Positions 1 through 13,804 are shown, counted from the whole stretch's first letter. The stretch: DNA of 63,936 nt, filler included, from Octopus bimaculoides (GCF_001194135.2; 5 parts of 5 records of this genome joined end to end with filler, not necessarily neighbours in it), one strand, 5' to 3'. Notes: a model not told the origin generated them from the letters alone. Program-made: numbers and translations.

Positions 1-87
1 ATATATATAATACAAAGAATATATATACATGTATACACACATATATGTACATACTTACATCTACATGTGTATATACATGCATATCAG

Positions 88-203
88 GGTACAGGACGTT
101 AGAACAATAAACTACACACAACGGAACGAACACATAGGAAAACGGAAAGCCCCTTGGAATATCCCTTCATCAGCTGTCTCTATTCTATCTAGACGTTTCG
201 AAA
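88..203 (-). mobile_element. Penelope-like terminal-repeat fragment; related copies at ~12270-12390 and ~21561-21700
   Basis: The first two copies are clearly homologous (CAGGACGTTAGAACAAT...TTCATCAGCTG...CGTTTCGAA); the family assignment is inferred from the TCGAAACG/CTGATGA motifs. Confidence 0.45.
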
Positions 204-1189
204 CACACACACACATGCACATACATCATATATGTACATATGCTCTTATACACACATACATACATACATACATGCACACACATGTGGCTACATGACCTAA
301 GGTGACTTTTCACTATTTAAGATGGTACCGAGGTTTGGCTGGTGCACTGTATCGTGGATTTTTAAGCATAACATTTCTTCGGCTATAGCAAACATTCTTA
401 TGTAAAGTGGCTGTCCCATGCAGTCCGCGCACACTAAACATCCCACGCTAGGCCACTGTTTGGCTGTTATATCTAACAGGTTAAGCGACAACATAGTCAC
501 TCATCAATCCATTTTCGTTTTTGCCTAAATTGCGAGAAAAACTGACAGCTGTGCCTTGGTAAATCCCTGAAAACTCCGCATTTTTTCTTTGGACAAGTCT
601 TTCGACTCAAGTGCTTTACAGTCATCGTATACCTAATTTTCGTTTTTAAATGAATATTATTTATTTATAGGATGTGGGTAATTGTGTGCTCGTGTATCCG
701 ATTAGATCTAGAAAGATGATTAGTTATCTGTATGTCCACCTGCCAACTGTCTAGCTAACTGTCTTTTTTGTATTGTTAGCTTCTGTCTATCAAACGTCTG
801 GTAGAGATCGCTTGACGTATGTAGTCTGAGCGAGTCTGTCTAATTCTCTCAGTAAACAATGAAGTTTTACATTGAGGTCAAGGGGATACACTAAATAAAC
901 ATCTTGTCCTCATTCAGTCAAGGTTACACCCGTCATCACCCACCACCGTACACAAACATAATCATGCACACACTGTTAGCTATCACACACCTCTTTAAGC
1001 AGGCTAGAGGGTGGGTGGAGTTGTCTGTGATGGCGTAAATCTGTAAACATATTGATTTAGAATGTCAAATGAACGAAACGGAGAAGGAAATAAACAAAAC
1101 AGCTTATAGAATTTCTCTTTAAACATAATTGTTAGCAAATGACCTTTTTTCTGTTTTCTCTTCTTTTTTTTTTTCCAGTGGTTTAGTCT

Positions 1190-1700
1190 GAGGGAACAGG
1201 TCTGCCACCATAACCTTCGCTGTCCTCTCTCTCCCTCCCAACTCCTATCTCCGAGACCGACGAGGTCGACACGGTCGGTATTGCACTTGAATAGTGGCAA
1301 CAAAAATATGGAGAGCAAGGAAATTCCCAGAACATTTTACAAGAGGAACGCTGGGATAAGAGCTAAGTGGCGAGCCTGGGAGAGAAAGAATATGGGTAAC
1401 AGAAAGAGTAAAGATGGATGATACAACCATAGGTTAAGGTGGTTCGAGACCAACCAGCTCCGAGGAATAGATGCCACACTTATAGTTAGTTCTAGGAAAA
1501 GCAGAGTGAGGAGTCAGCACATTCTGTCGGCCAGAGGCTGGAGAGCGTTGGTAAATGATTTCAAGTCGACCAGTTGAACGGCTTTTAGGTGGCCAGGCTT
1601 TCAGTCAAGTATGTGTAGTAGCGCCGTACCAGAATTCTGGGAATTGCACTCTACTATAAGTTTCACTCGAACTTTGTGTAGACTTAGTAATTATCGGTTT
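1190..1700 (-). mobile_element. Probable 3' (post-RT) remnant of a CR1/L2-group LINE
   Basis: Fragmented similarity to the LINE ORF2 tail (..LVDLKSFTNALQPLA.., GIYSSELVG.., HPYSF); heavily degraded. Confidence 0.5.
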
Positions 1701-2213
1701 CAGGTTTTGACACAAGGTCGGCAATTTCGGTGATGGGAGGCTGAGTCGATTAGATCGATCCCAGTTCTCAGCTTCTATTTATTTTATTGACTGCGAAAGG
1801 ATAAAAGGCAAAGTCAACCTCGGTGGAATTTGAACTCAGAACGTAATGATGGACGAAATGGCGCTAAGCATTTTTCCCGGTGTGCTAACGATTGTTTTCT
1901 TGATATGTGTAGGTGTTGGTTTTGTGTTTTTGAAGGAAACGAAATTGACATGATCCCGTTGAAGGAATATTTGTTGGGGTTTGTTTATGCAGTGTGGGTA
2001 GGTTGCGTTTGAGATGTCTAAATTGTGTATGAATGGAACTTACGTGGGAGAGTTAGGGGAAAGCGAAGTATAGTGTCGTCTGCGTAGGAATGAGTGTTGG
2101 TGTGTAGGTGATAGCAAGTAAACTGTTGATGTAGGGTCTACATCAACGATTTGCTTGCTATCAGCTGGGGAACAAAACCGAAATTTGGGCTAAAACAGAG
2201 TTGATAGGAGAGA

Positions 2214-2252
<39 letters not shown>

Positions 2253-2330
2253 AGAGAGATAGAGACACAGAGAAAAAAATATATATATGTATATATATAT
2301 ATATATATATATNNNNNNNNNNNNNNNNNN

Positions 2331-2366
<36 letters not shown>

Positions 2367-2429
2367 GGGGGGAGAGAGGGGGAGAGAGGGGGAAGAGAGA
2401 GGGAGAGAGAGAGAGGAGGAGAGAGAGAG

Positions 2430-2700
2430 TGAGTGGGTGGCTCCATCAGCACATGTGATGGTACGGTCTGACAGGAAGCCACTGATCCAAGAGCTGAGAG
2501 ACATGGAATGCAGTAACAAGCAGTTTAGCAAGGAGATATGGATGCCAGACATAGTTCGAATGCTTTGCTGATGTCAAACGTAACAGCATCGCTTTCACCA
2601 GATTTCTCAAGTGCAAAAGCACGCTGATGAGTGACATAAGAGAGTAAATCTTCAGAATCTCTCGGTTCTTTGACAAAAGGATTTGGACACCTTACATGAT
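2430..2700 (-). mobile_element. LINE RT fragment, same group as 13880-14420
   Basis: DISKAF and SSWISGFLSDRTITCADG motifs in shifting frames. Confidence 0.75.
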
Positions 2701-2832
2701 GGTTCTATAAGCTCTACTCCTGTGGAGTAGTATTTATACATACATACATACACACACACTCATATTATAGTGTACTGTTATGTGAAGTTAAGATCAACAT
2801 CAAAAAGTACTCCATCTGGTGAGAGATAAATA

Positions 2833-3143
2833 TCTATAATAATAAATGGCAAGTTTGTGTGTTTGTGAATTTGTTACTTTAACTCCTCAAAGACTATCCA
2901 ACAGATCTTGATGAAACTTGACACGTATGGGGGGGGGGCTTATGCCCATGTGGTCACTTACGTACTTGGAATTTTTAAAAAATTGATTTTTCAGCAGCAT
3001 CGATTTTTCAAAAATCGTAAAATTTCGGTATTTTTCGCACTAGCCATCGTGATATCAATTTGACGAAATTTGACGGAAAATGTTTCATGTGTATAAACAG
3101 ACAGCGTATTAACGTTAATCTATTTAGTATTTGCTAATTCTTC
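2833..3143 (+). mobile_element. Helitron/Helentron-derived non-autonomous element, 5' part
   Basis: TCTATAATAATAAA start, GTTTGTGTGTTTGT tract and GATCTTGATGAAACTTGACAC motif; the 3' end is lost in a gap. Confidence 0.5.
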
Positions 3144-3784
3144 NNNNNNNNNNNNNNNNNNNNNNNNNNNNNNNNNNNNNNNNNNNNNNNNNNNNNNNNN
3201 NNNNNNNNNNNNNNNNNNNNNNNNNNNNNNNNNNNNNNNNNNNNNNNNNNNNNNNNNNNNNNNNNNNNNNNNNNNNNNNNNNNNNNNNNNNNNNNNNNNN
3301 NNNNNNNNNNNNNNNNNNNNNNNNNNNNNNNNNNNNNNNNNNNNNNNNNNNNNNNNNNNNNNNNNNNNNNNNNNNNNNNNNNNNNNNNNNNNNNNNNNNN
3401 NNNNNNNNNNNNNNNNNNNNNNNNNNNNNNNNNNNNNNNNNNNNNNNNNNNNNNNNNNNNNNNNNNNNNNNNNNNNNNNNNNNNNNNNNNNNNNNNNNNN
3501 NNNNNNNNNNNNNNNNNNNNNNNNNNNNNNNNNNNNNNNNNNNNNNNNNNNNNNNNNNNNNNNNNNNNNNNNNNNNNNNNNNNNNNNNNNNNNNNNNNNN
3601 NNNNNNNNNNNNNNNNNNNNNNNNNNNNNNNNNNNNNNNNNNNNNNNNNNNNNNNNNNNNNNNNNNNNNNNNNNNNNNNNNNNNNNNNNNNNNNNNNNNN
3701 NNNNNNNNNNNNNNNNNNNNNNNNNNNNNNNNNNNNNNNNNNNNNNNNNNNNNNNNNNNNNNNNNNNNNNNNNNNNNNNNNNNN

Positions 3785-3829
<45 letters not shown>

Positions 3830-4306
3830 TGTGTCTATATTTGCGGATACACTGAAGGAACGGTATTTAACTAATGGTATTTAGCTTGAGAATAAATTGG
3901 ATGTTAACGCATTCTTATAATCCTAGTTCGATTAATAAATTACTTATGCTGTTACAATGCTTGTTTCAATATTACATTAGTACAAAGTATATCTATAGAT
4001 TTCAACCAGCACTGTATGTAGTACACAGATGCAAAAGTTTTGACAACACCTTGGCAGCAATTTCGAAGGAGTGGGTAAGTCGATTACATCGACCCAGTGC
4101 TCGACTGGTACTTATTTCATCGACCCCAAGAGGATGAAAGGCAAAGTCGACCTTGGGGGAATTTGAACTCAGACCGGAAAGATGGATGAAATGCCGCTAA
4201 GCATATAACCCGGCGCAGTGACAATTCTGCCAGCTCGCCGTCCTCGAACATGGCATAGACGTTCTGTAGATCATTCATGTATAAGAAGTGAACTTTAATG
4301 ACTTAC

Positions 4307-4321
4307 AAACCGTCTCCTTTT
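4307..4321 (-). CDS. Candidate 15-nt microexon following the 4459-4530 exon
   Basis: ttttaacatattgcag|AAAAGGAGACGGTTT|GTAAGT; phase 0-0, KRRRF, 137 nt downstream of the 72-nt candidate exon. Confidence 0.38.
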
Positions 4322-4458
4322 CTGCAATATGTTAAAACTGGAATAGCTCTGTTAGTAATTTTGTTATATTTTTCAGAATATTTTACCTTCTAAATTGATT
4401 TCTGAATTCTAGTTTATCTTGTTTTTCATCTATCTGTATGGCTTTTCTCCCCATTTAC

Positions 4459-4530
4459 CTGTCTCTTGGCTTTCAGTACCTTCATTTGCTTGTCAGTCTT
4501 CTTTATGTCGATATCTTTGTCCAAATGCTG
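4459..4530 (-). CDS. Candidate internal exon of an unidentified gene
   Basis: Acceptor catatttag| (NAGNAG alternative 3 nt in) and donor CAG|GTAAAT; 72 nt, phase 0-0, open: QHLDKDIDIKKTDKQMKVLKAKRQ. Confidence 0.4.
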
Positions 4531-4732
4531 CTAAATATGACCGCATAATCAATTAGGTGTGTAATTATGTGTGCATAAAATCATACACAACTGTACTAAC
4601 GACATGTGTGTGTGTATGTATGTGTATGTGCGCACGCGCGTAAGTGTAGGGGAGACAATTTTCCAAAATTTCATAATAGCGACTATTAGTTGCATGTTTA
4701 AAAATATACATTAGACACCCACACAACGCTAT

Positions 4733-4799
<67 letters not shown>

Positions 4800-5402
4800 N
4801 NNNNNNNNNNNNNNNNNNNNNNNNNNNNNNNNNNNNNNNNNNNNNNNNNNNNNNNNNNNNNNNNNNNNNNNNNNNNNNNNNNNNNNNNNNNNNNNTATAT
4901 ATATATATATATATATATATCGTGTGTCTGTGTGTGTGTCACATAAACAGTTAAGATTTTAAATATAAATTTAAGAGATAAGAGAATAAGCCATTTACAA
5001 ACACGGCTTAAGACTGAAAAACGAGAACGTCCTTGGCGCGATAAAGTCTGTTCTCTTTTTCTTTCTCTGTTAGGCTGTGCTCGTAAATGTCTTTACATAC
5101 ATACATATATACATACATATAAAAAATGTATGTGTAAGTGTGCACGTGTACATATGTATTTTTGTGTGTATGTGTGAGTGTGTCGATAGTTGTTTGTGAG
5201 GAAGGGATGCAGATGTCATTCCCACCAATTTTTAGATGGCCAGGAATTTCCTGCGCATAGCTGTGCAGTCTTCTGAGAAGTTCTTACACGTTCACACAAG
5301 TGCGGCTTTACGTCGCAATCCCAGACGCGTTCTCTTGTTGTTTATATGTATTTATATAATTCTTTTAGGAGGAAGTCATTATTGAGAAAGAGAGAACGAG
5401 GA

Positions 5403-5433
<31 letters not shown>

Positions 5434-8152
5434 AGAAGGAGGGAGAGAAAGACAGACTGAAATGACGTCACTGTTGCATGAAATGGAAAAATATAGGTGA
5501 TTTACTTCCTACATGTTTATGAAAATGGTCACCATATTTACTGAACAGTTCCAGTCAACATCACCCGTTGTTATATACTGAATCAGAAATGTTGATAATT
5601 GATTACACAATGTCTACAGTTTTTTTAAATGGATTACTTTGCAGTGGAAAGGCAGCGCTTATGACTTTTTCAGGATCACCGAATCTATTGACAATGAAGT
5701 GAGGGAAATTATCCTCAGAATAAAGTCTAGTCTGGGTTACATTAAAAGCACCATCAAAAGGTCAGCCGTTTGAGTGTTAAAGTAGTTGACGGACTTAGCC
5801 TGCTTCACAAAAACTAGAAAAACTCTTCGGGCACAGCAGCGTTTCCCCTCATTTTGCGACAATCAATTTTTATTCATACAGTTTATCCATTAGGTGCAAG
5901 CGTGGCTGTGTGGTAAGAGGCTTGCTTCCCAACGACATGGTTCCGGGTTCAGTCCCACTGTGTGGAACCTTGGGCAAATGTCTTTTACTATAGCCTCGGG
6001 CAGACCGAAGCCTTGTGAGTGGATTTGGTAGATGGAAACTGAAAGAAGCCCGTCGCATATATATATATATATTAAGGGACTAATAGACTTGACACTGTTC
6101 AGAATTCGGTGTATACTCAAAGCAATGACTAGTAATATTACGAAACCGGTATGCTTGTAAATCTCTTTAACAACTCACAATAACGACTTTTATTACCTTT
6201 CTTCCTACCTCAGTTCATCTAATTGTATATATGTATATATATCGTTACTTTTCATAAAAAGCCTTACCTTCTTTTGGATTTCCAATGTGCATTTTCTCTT
6301 ATTTTTCTGCTTACTTTCCCCTTACATTTCCACGTGTAGTTTCTATTTTGTTTTTTTAACATATTTCTATTATATATATACATAAGTGTATGTATGTGTT
6401 TGTGTTTGCCCACCATCGCTTGACAACTGATGTTGGTATGTTTGCGTCCCTGTAACTTTAGCAGTTCGGCAAAATATACCGATAAAATAAGTACTAGGCT
6501 TACAAGGAATAAGTTCTGGGGCCGAGTTGTTCGACTAAAAATCCTTTAAGGCGGTGCTCTAGCATGGCCACCGTCAAATGACTGAAACAAGTAAAAGAAT
6601 AAAAGAATATCAGTGCTACGAAAAAGCAATCGACTGGCAGAATATATTAGAGCGTCTGACATAGTGCTTTGCGGTAGTAATCTACAATTCTTTGCGTTCT
6701 GAATTCAAATCCCGCAAAAATCAACATTGTATTTCATTCAGGGTCGATAAAATAAAGTAGCAGAAAAGTGCTGAGTGGATATTATCAACTATAACACCCA
6801 CTACAAATATGAAGCTTTGTACCTATCGTAAATATTATGAAAGGGCAGTAAGGCGGATTGCTGGCAGAATTGTTAGCACGCTGGACGAAATGCTTGGCCG
6901 TATTCCGCCAGTCGCTACGTTCTGCGTTAAAATTTTGCCGAGGTTGACTTTGTCTGTCATCCTTCCGAGGTCGATAAATTAAGTACCAGTGAAAAACTGA
7001 GGTCGATGTATGACTTGTCCTCTCCCAGCAAATTTCAGGTCTTGTGCTTTTAGTAGAAAGGATTATTTTTCTCCACTCAAGGCATTAGGCCCAACATTTT
7101 TGAGGGAGGGGAACAATCGATTAGATCGACTCCAGTACACAACAGGTACTTAATTTATCGACCCCGAAAGGATGAAAGGCAAAGTCGACCTCGGCGGAAT
7201 TTGAACTCAGAACGTAAAGACAGGCGAAATACCGCTGAGCATTTCGCCCGGCGTGCTAACGTTTCTTATTTCTTTATTGCCCACAAGAGCACTTTAATAT
7301 ATAGTGCTATGTCAATGTTAGATGCCGATAATAATAATATCCGCCTATAATAATTAGCTTCGTGTTTTTATTTGCTGTCACGTTTGACGAGTGTAAANNN
7401 NNNNNNNNNNNNNNNNNNNNNNNNNNNNNNNNNNNNNNNNNNNNNNNNNNNNNNNNNNNNNNNNNNNNNNNNNNNNNNNNNNNNNNNNNNNNNNNNNNNN
7501 NNNNNNNNNNNNNNNNNNNNNNNNNNNNNNNNNNNNNNNNNNNNNNNNNNNNNNNNNNNNNNNNNNNNNNNNNNNNNNNNNNNNNNNNNNNNNNNNNNNN
7601 NNNNNNNNNNNNNNNNNNNNNNNNNNNNNNNNNNNNNNNNNNNNNNNNNNNNNNNNNNNNNNNNNNNNNNNNNNNNNNNNNATATATGTATTGAAAAGCC
7701 AACACCATGTGCACCTTCATGACTCTGTGACCATTCCCGGCATTAAATGCTTTTGAATGTTGCGATTCATATATTCACCTGATGAAAACGGGGTTTTCTA
7801 ATGATATAGTATTTCCATTAATCAATTAGAAATTCGTTGGAAACAGCTGTAGTGGATCGACACATTATCCTTCCGTTTCTATTTATTTATTATTGACCTC
7901 ACTCTGAACCTGCTCCTTGCGTAGATCCAAAGTATATTATGGACCGTACATTTAGTGCAATGTGTGTTCCCTGATGTGTGTTCCTCATGATATACTCAGC
8001 TGGGTACAATTAATCGTAAACATAACCTGAATATCCTTCTGCCTGTACTTCGGTATGTATTCCTCTATTTTTGCTGTGTACACATGTCACTTTTCGACCC
8101 GACCCAGTGTCTTACCATTCAAGTGCCTGATTCATTCGAATTCTGATGTTAT

Positions 8153-8245
<93 letters not shown>

Positions 8246-9018
8246 TACATACACATATGGAACTGTTATTAATATATGCACGCGTGTGTGTATACATACA
8301 TACATACATACGTTTGTGTGTGTGAGTGTGTGTTGTAAACATTATGGCATAAAGAATCTTTCTTCTTCCTACTGAAAATCCTTTATTATTGATGAAGCTG
8401 TCGTCATTTTTGACGACACGAGTACAACGGTCTTAAACTATTTATACTGATGCTCTATGATGTTCTGTTGTACTGGAAACATATTGACATCTTCAGCTGG
8501 GGAAGAAAGATGGCGATGACGGTGTTGATGGTGGTGGTGGTGGTGGTGGTGGCGGCGGCCATAACGATGATGACGATGACGATACTGATGATGATGCTGA
8601 TGATGATGATGACAATGTTGGTGATGAAGAAGACGATGATGGGAATAAAGAAGTTGATGATGATGATGATGATGGCATTAGTTTTTCTGTAATTACATAT
8701 TCTTAATACTGAACTCAATATTACCACAGAATTAATGCAAAAACTAGCATGGAGCTCATCATTCTTCGACAAGGAATCCAAGATATTTTACCATTTTCGT
8801 TATCAGAACGGCTGTGAAATATGTTGCGTGATTTATTGTTTAGCTCAAGATCAGCTTTGATTCAGAACGCCTGTGATCAAAGGTATTCCAACCATAACTC
8901 ACCTGTCTGCATCTAGGATTGTGCAGGGTGCGACGGGTATTTGAGTACACTCTTTTATCAGTATATTACTCTCTTCAAAACAATCTAGAAATTTTTTTTT
9001 ATTTCTTTCAGGTTCCCC

Positions 9019-10315
9019 TTGACAGATAAAATACTAACATCAGAAATCAAAAGACATGCAGTCATTGTTGTCATAAGTGCGGAACACAGCGATTTACAAA
9101 CTGCCAACTTCCTGAATATTGCACGATCTTCGGTACATAACGTTTGGATGCAAAAAAAAGAACAAAAAAACAAAAAACAAAACGCAAAGTACAAAACAAA
9201 ACGCAAATATTCTACGCGTTCGGACACTATAAGGACATTGCAATTCATCGAACGGGCTCGAAACATAATCGATGATGGTCCCGGAAAATCAATGATAGCC
9301 ATCGCCAAAGGAATTCTGATATTGGAATGGACTATCAGATTTGTAGTGCACGAGGATATTCGATACAAGTTGTATGTGCGGAAGAGAGGCCCATTCATGT
9401 CTGCAAAGATAGAGAAAAACCGTTTGATTCGTGCCAAGTGGATACTTAAGGTTAAAAATCCTCACGAACATGGCACGCTTTGGTTCTTCTCTTATGAGAG
9501 AAACCACGACTAAAGTCTAACAGGAGAAACAACTGTAGTAACGCCTGCGCATGCGTAGTCTTACGCATGCATAGAATTAAACAAGCAAGCGTTTCCCGCT
9601 CAATTCATTCTTTTTCTCGCTGGCCAGCGATTGAGCAAGGACGTGTGTTTAAAAGCTGTCCCTACATCTTTCGGTCTTATACTCGACAGCTCGTTATTCT
9701 CACCTCTAAAGATGTATAACTAAAGATATGTATGTTTTACCACCTAAATAAATGTTGTTTAAGTTGTTTAGTCTGGAGTTCAGCGTTCCGTCTATTTCTT
9801 TAATTTTATAGTAGAAAGTCAGGTATACAATCTAAAGATGTATAACCCACTTTCTACTAAACAACAAATGGTTATATGCAGATTATTCCGATGTCCTCAA
9901 AGTGATGCTCGCTAATTTTCCAATTACTGTGATGGTTTTAGGAGTAAGGAGTAACGAAGGCCATGTCATGCCGCCTCACATCTTTCCACGGGGTTTAAGT
10001 TTTAACGCTACTGAATACGATGAAGTGCTGAAGACAGTTATTAAACCATGGATGGAAGAAGTTCGCAGTGGAAGGCCATATGTGTTTCAACAAGATTCAG
10101 CACTGCCTCACAAAGCCTACGTAACTCAAGAATGGATGTCAGATAGTCTTCACGATCGTGTAGCACCAAGCATGTGGTCTACAAACCCGACAGATTTAAA
10201 TCGTATGGACTGCTATGTTTGGAGCGTTACTGAAAGGGAAACTAATCAACATTCTCTCAATAACATAGCTTCATTGAAGGTTGCTTATTGTTCGGGTGGA
10301 GTCCAAAATAAATAA
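9019..10315 (+). mobile_element. Decayed Tc1/mariner transposase of the DD37D (maT-like) type, split by an insertion
   Basis: ORF 9019-9513 has the HTH region and WFFS(Y)E (first Asp mutated). ORF 9902-10315 has VMVLG..NEGHVMPP and YVFQQDSA...DLNRMD, with 37 residues counted between the second and third Asp. Confidence 0.88.
9534..9858. mobile_element. ~325-bp insertion inside the DD37D transposase
   Basis: Transposase reading stops at ..NRRNN (9533) and resumes at KWLYAD (9866). AAACAAC is present on both sides (9527-9533, 9859-9865). Hairpins occur near both ends. Confidence 0.6.
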
Positions 10316-11202
10316 AGACCATTTAGTGTAGGGCATGTCCTGCATTGAAGCAGTCTCCGAAGTTGAAAGTCGATTCAGAGAGTAATCTTAAAAGAACAGT
10401 TTATCGAGAACATGTGTTCAGAGTTTTATTAAAATACATTTGAGTTTTGGTATATTAGGATTGTTTCCTTAAATTACTAGATATGTCCTCAAATACGTCT
10501 TGCACGTTTTTAATTTATTTTTTACTATTTTAAGATGGTATGGGTAAATTGAAGGATATTTTGACTGCTATAGAGAGACGCAAATGTTGCTTTGTTTACA
10601 TCTTGTTTGCACTAACACTTGTAGGGAAATTAAGTTTAGCAATCATATTCATGGATCTTCTTTCTTCTATAAATGAAATTAATACTTTGATTTAGATAAA
10701 ATGTAGTTTTCATAAAAAATATTCAGTAAGTTTCATACTTTCGGTTACTTTTGTTGTTCCTAGTTTATTTTCGTCACTCCCGGTGTTTTCGTTTTAATTT
10801 CTCTTACATTTTACTTCCAATTAATATTTTCATGCTAAAATAAGATTTTAAAAAAATATATTTATCAAGATCAAGAAGGAAGGCCAACGTCCTTTTCATA
10901 GACTCTCCGAAACTGATGAGAGGGAGCTAGGAAGATATCCTCTAACTAGGGATCTGATCTGGATGCTTATAAAGGAGTGAGTCCCGCTATATACATCAAA
11001 GGACCAACTGGTAGTGCTAAACCGGATAACACATTAATCTTTTATCTATTTCTTGTTTCAGTCATTAGACTACTCCCATCCTGGGGTACCACATTGAAGA
11101 ATTTTTTAAAAGTCTATTACTTGTTCCATTGTTCTCATTTGTCGGACCCTATACCAGGAGGCATAAACGTACCGACAGCAGTTCTCAAACAGTAGTGGGG
11201 GA

Positions 11203-11253
<51 letters not shown>

Positions 11254-13748
11254 AAATAAGCTCGTTATATTTATATATATATATATATATATATANNNNN
11301 NNNNNNNNNNNNNNNNNNNNNNNNNNNNNNNNNNNNNNNNNNNNNNNNNNNNNNNNNNNNNNNNNNNNNNNNNNNNNNNNNNNNNNNNNNNNNNNNNNNN
11401 NNNNNNNNNNNNNNNNNNNNNNNNNNNNNNNNNNNNNNNNNNNNNNNNNNNNNNNNNNNNNNNNNNNNNNNNNNNNNNNNNNNNNNNNNNNNNNNNNNNN
11501 NNNNNNNNNNNNNNNNNNNNNNNNNNNNNNNNNNNNNNNNNNNNNNNNNNNNNNNNNNNNNNNNNNNNNNNNNNNNNNNNNNNNNNNNNNNNNNNNNNNN
11601 NNNNNNNNNNNNNNNNNNNNNNNNNNNNNNNNNNNNNNNNNNNNNNNNNNNNNNNNNNNNNNNNNNNNNNNNNNNNNNNNNNNNNNNNNNNNNNNNNNNN
11701 NNNNNNNNNNNNNNNNNNNNNNNNNNNNNNNNNNNNNNNNNNNNNNNNNNNNNNNNNNNNNNNNNNNNNNNNNNNNNNNNNNNNNNNNNNNNNNNNNNNN
11801 NNNNNNNNNNNNNNNNNNNNNNNNNNNNNNNNNNNNNNNNNNNNNNNNNNNNNNNNNNNNNNNNNNNNNNNNNNNNNNNNNNNNNNNNNNNNNNNNNNNN
11901 NNNNNNNNNNNNNNNNNNNNNNNNNNNNNNNNNNNNNNNNNNNNNNNNNNNNNNNNNNNNNNNNNNNNNNNNNNNNNNNNNNNNNNNNNNNNNNNNNNNN
12001 NNNNNNNNNNNNNNNNNNNNNNNNNNNNNNNNNNNNNNNNNNNNNNNNNNNNNNNNNNNNNNNNNNNNNNNNNNNNNNNNNNNNNNNNNNNNNNNNNNNN
12101 NNNNNNNNNNNNNNNNNNNNNNNNNNNNNNNNNNNNNNNNNNNNNNNNNNNNNNNNNNNNNNNNNNNNNNNNNNNNNNNNNNNNNNNNNNNNNNNNNNNN
12201 NNNNNNNNNNNNCATGTATACACACATATATGTATATACTTTCATCTACATGTGTATATAGATGCATATCAGGGTACAGGACGTTAGAACAATGAACTAC
12301 AGACAACGGAACGAACACATAGGAAAACAGAAAGCCACTTGGATTATTCATCAGCTGCCTCTATTCTAACTCTACGTTTCGAAGATAAGGCAGGACGTAC
12401 TCTAGAATAGTCTCTTCCTGAGTAGTGGATCAACCAACTAAACAGAGGATTCCAAGGTGGCAAACGTAAACCAAGACAGGAAAAAAATATGTATATATAT
12501 ATATATATATATGATTCAAATGTGCGAAAGAAAAAAAGAAAAGAAACAGGTGAAGGAATAACAAGCAAGATGTATTAGTTTGACGTTCAGGAAAATGGAA
12601 AAGTCTGTAACGTTTCTAGCCTACGCTCTTCGACGGCGAGGGATGACAAAAAAAGATGGAGAGAGAGAGAGAGAGAGAGAGAGAAAAAATAACGGAGAGA
12701 GAAAAAAAATAACGGAGAGAGAAAAAAAAAACGTGTCGCGATTAATAGCTCTAAATGTGTGTGTGTGTGTGTGTGTGTGTGTGAGCTTATACATGTGTAG
12801 ATGTATGTGTGTATGTTTCTGATTTGTTGTCTTTATATATGTTGTAGTGGATCTAGGAAAAAATAAAAGACAAGAAACCTTAAAAACTATGTTGAAGTAT
12901 TCACCATCGCTAAATATTCTAATGTACTATAACAGGTCTGTGTGTACATGTATGCGTGTGTGTGTGCGTGTGTGTGTTTGTATGTGTGTGTGTGTGAAGT
13001 TACTGTTGAATTCCCTGTCTATGTAGGTCACACTATGAATTAATTCTGTGCTATATTGAAACATGAAGCAGCAAAAAAGCAGACGGTCAGTAATTAAACT
13101 GTTCAGTCGACATCACACAAAAACGCACGCGCGCTTGCACACACACACACACAAACACACAGAAACCTAACACACTTACACACACCTATGCGCGCGCGCA
13201 CTCACGCACACACACACACACACACACAAACGTTCATGTGCACAGAGGCATACGCACATACGTACACACTCAGATATATATTGATACATATACAGACTCT
13301 TGATACCAACATATACTGACAAAAACATGCGCGCGCGCGCGCCCTCACGCTCGCCCATACACTCCTACCCACACACAGCGATACAGACACGCATTTAAAC
13401 ATTCATATACACAAAAGTATGTTAGTTCGCGCTTGTGTGTGCGTGTGTGTGTTTGTGTGTGTGCGTGTGTGCGTGTGTGAGTGTGTTTGTGTGCAGTCAT
13501 TCACACACTGACTCAAAAACAGAGGCAAACACTTGTTAGAGTCATATATTCGCACACATTCACACATATACCCTCATTGAAATACATTTACAAACACACA
13601 CATACATACATACACACACACGCACACATTTGCACAAAAATACACATGTTGAAAAACACATTCATACGCAGAGAAGCAGTCAACAGAAAACACAGATACA
13701 CACAGCAGACAGACAGATACATACAGGGATATAAAAGAAGGTATGTTG

Positions 13749-13804
<56 letters not shown>

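Noticed and set aside
88-203. Hammerhead-like motifs CTGATGA and GAAAC-GTC on the minus strand of the Penelope-like repeats (also ~12345-12385, ~21605-21655)
   Set aside because: GAAA precedes CTGATGA and I could not form stems I and II in any copy; at most degenerate remnants. An RNAMotif or Infernal search would settle it.
297-500. 67-aa minus ORF with CLVCADC
   Set aside because: No recognisable domain, no LU pattern and no phase-consistent link to other exons.
11129-12351. Long ORFs of 200-390 aa (also 3131-3874, 35733-36500, 50907-51999, 55897-56697)
   Set aside because: They are open only because they run through N gaps and dinucleotide repeats.
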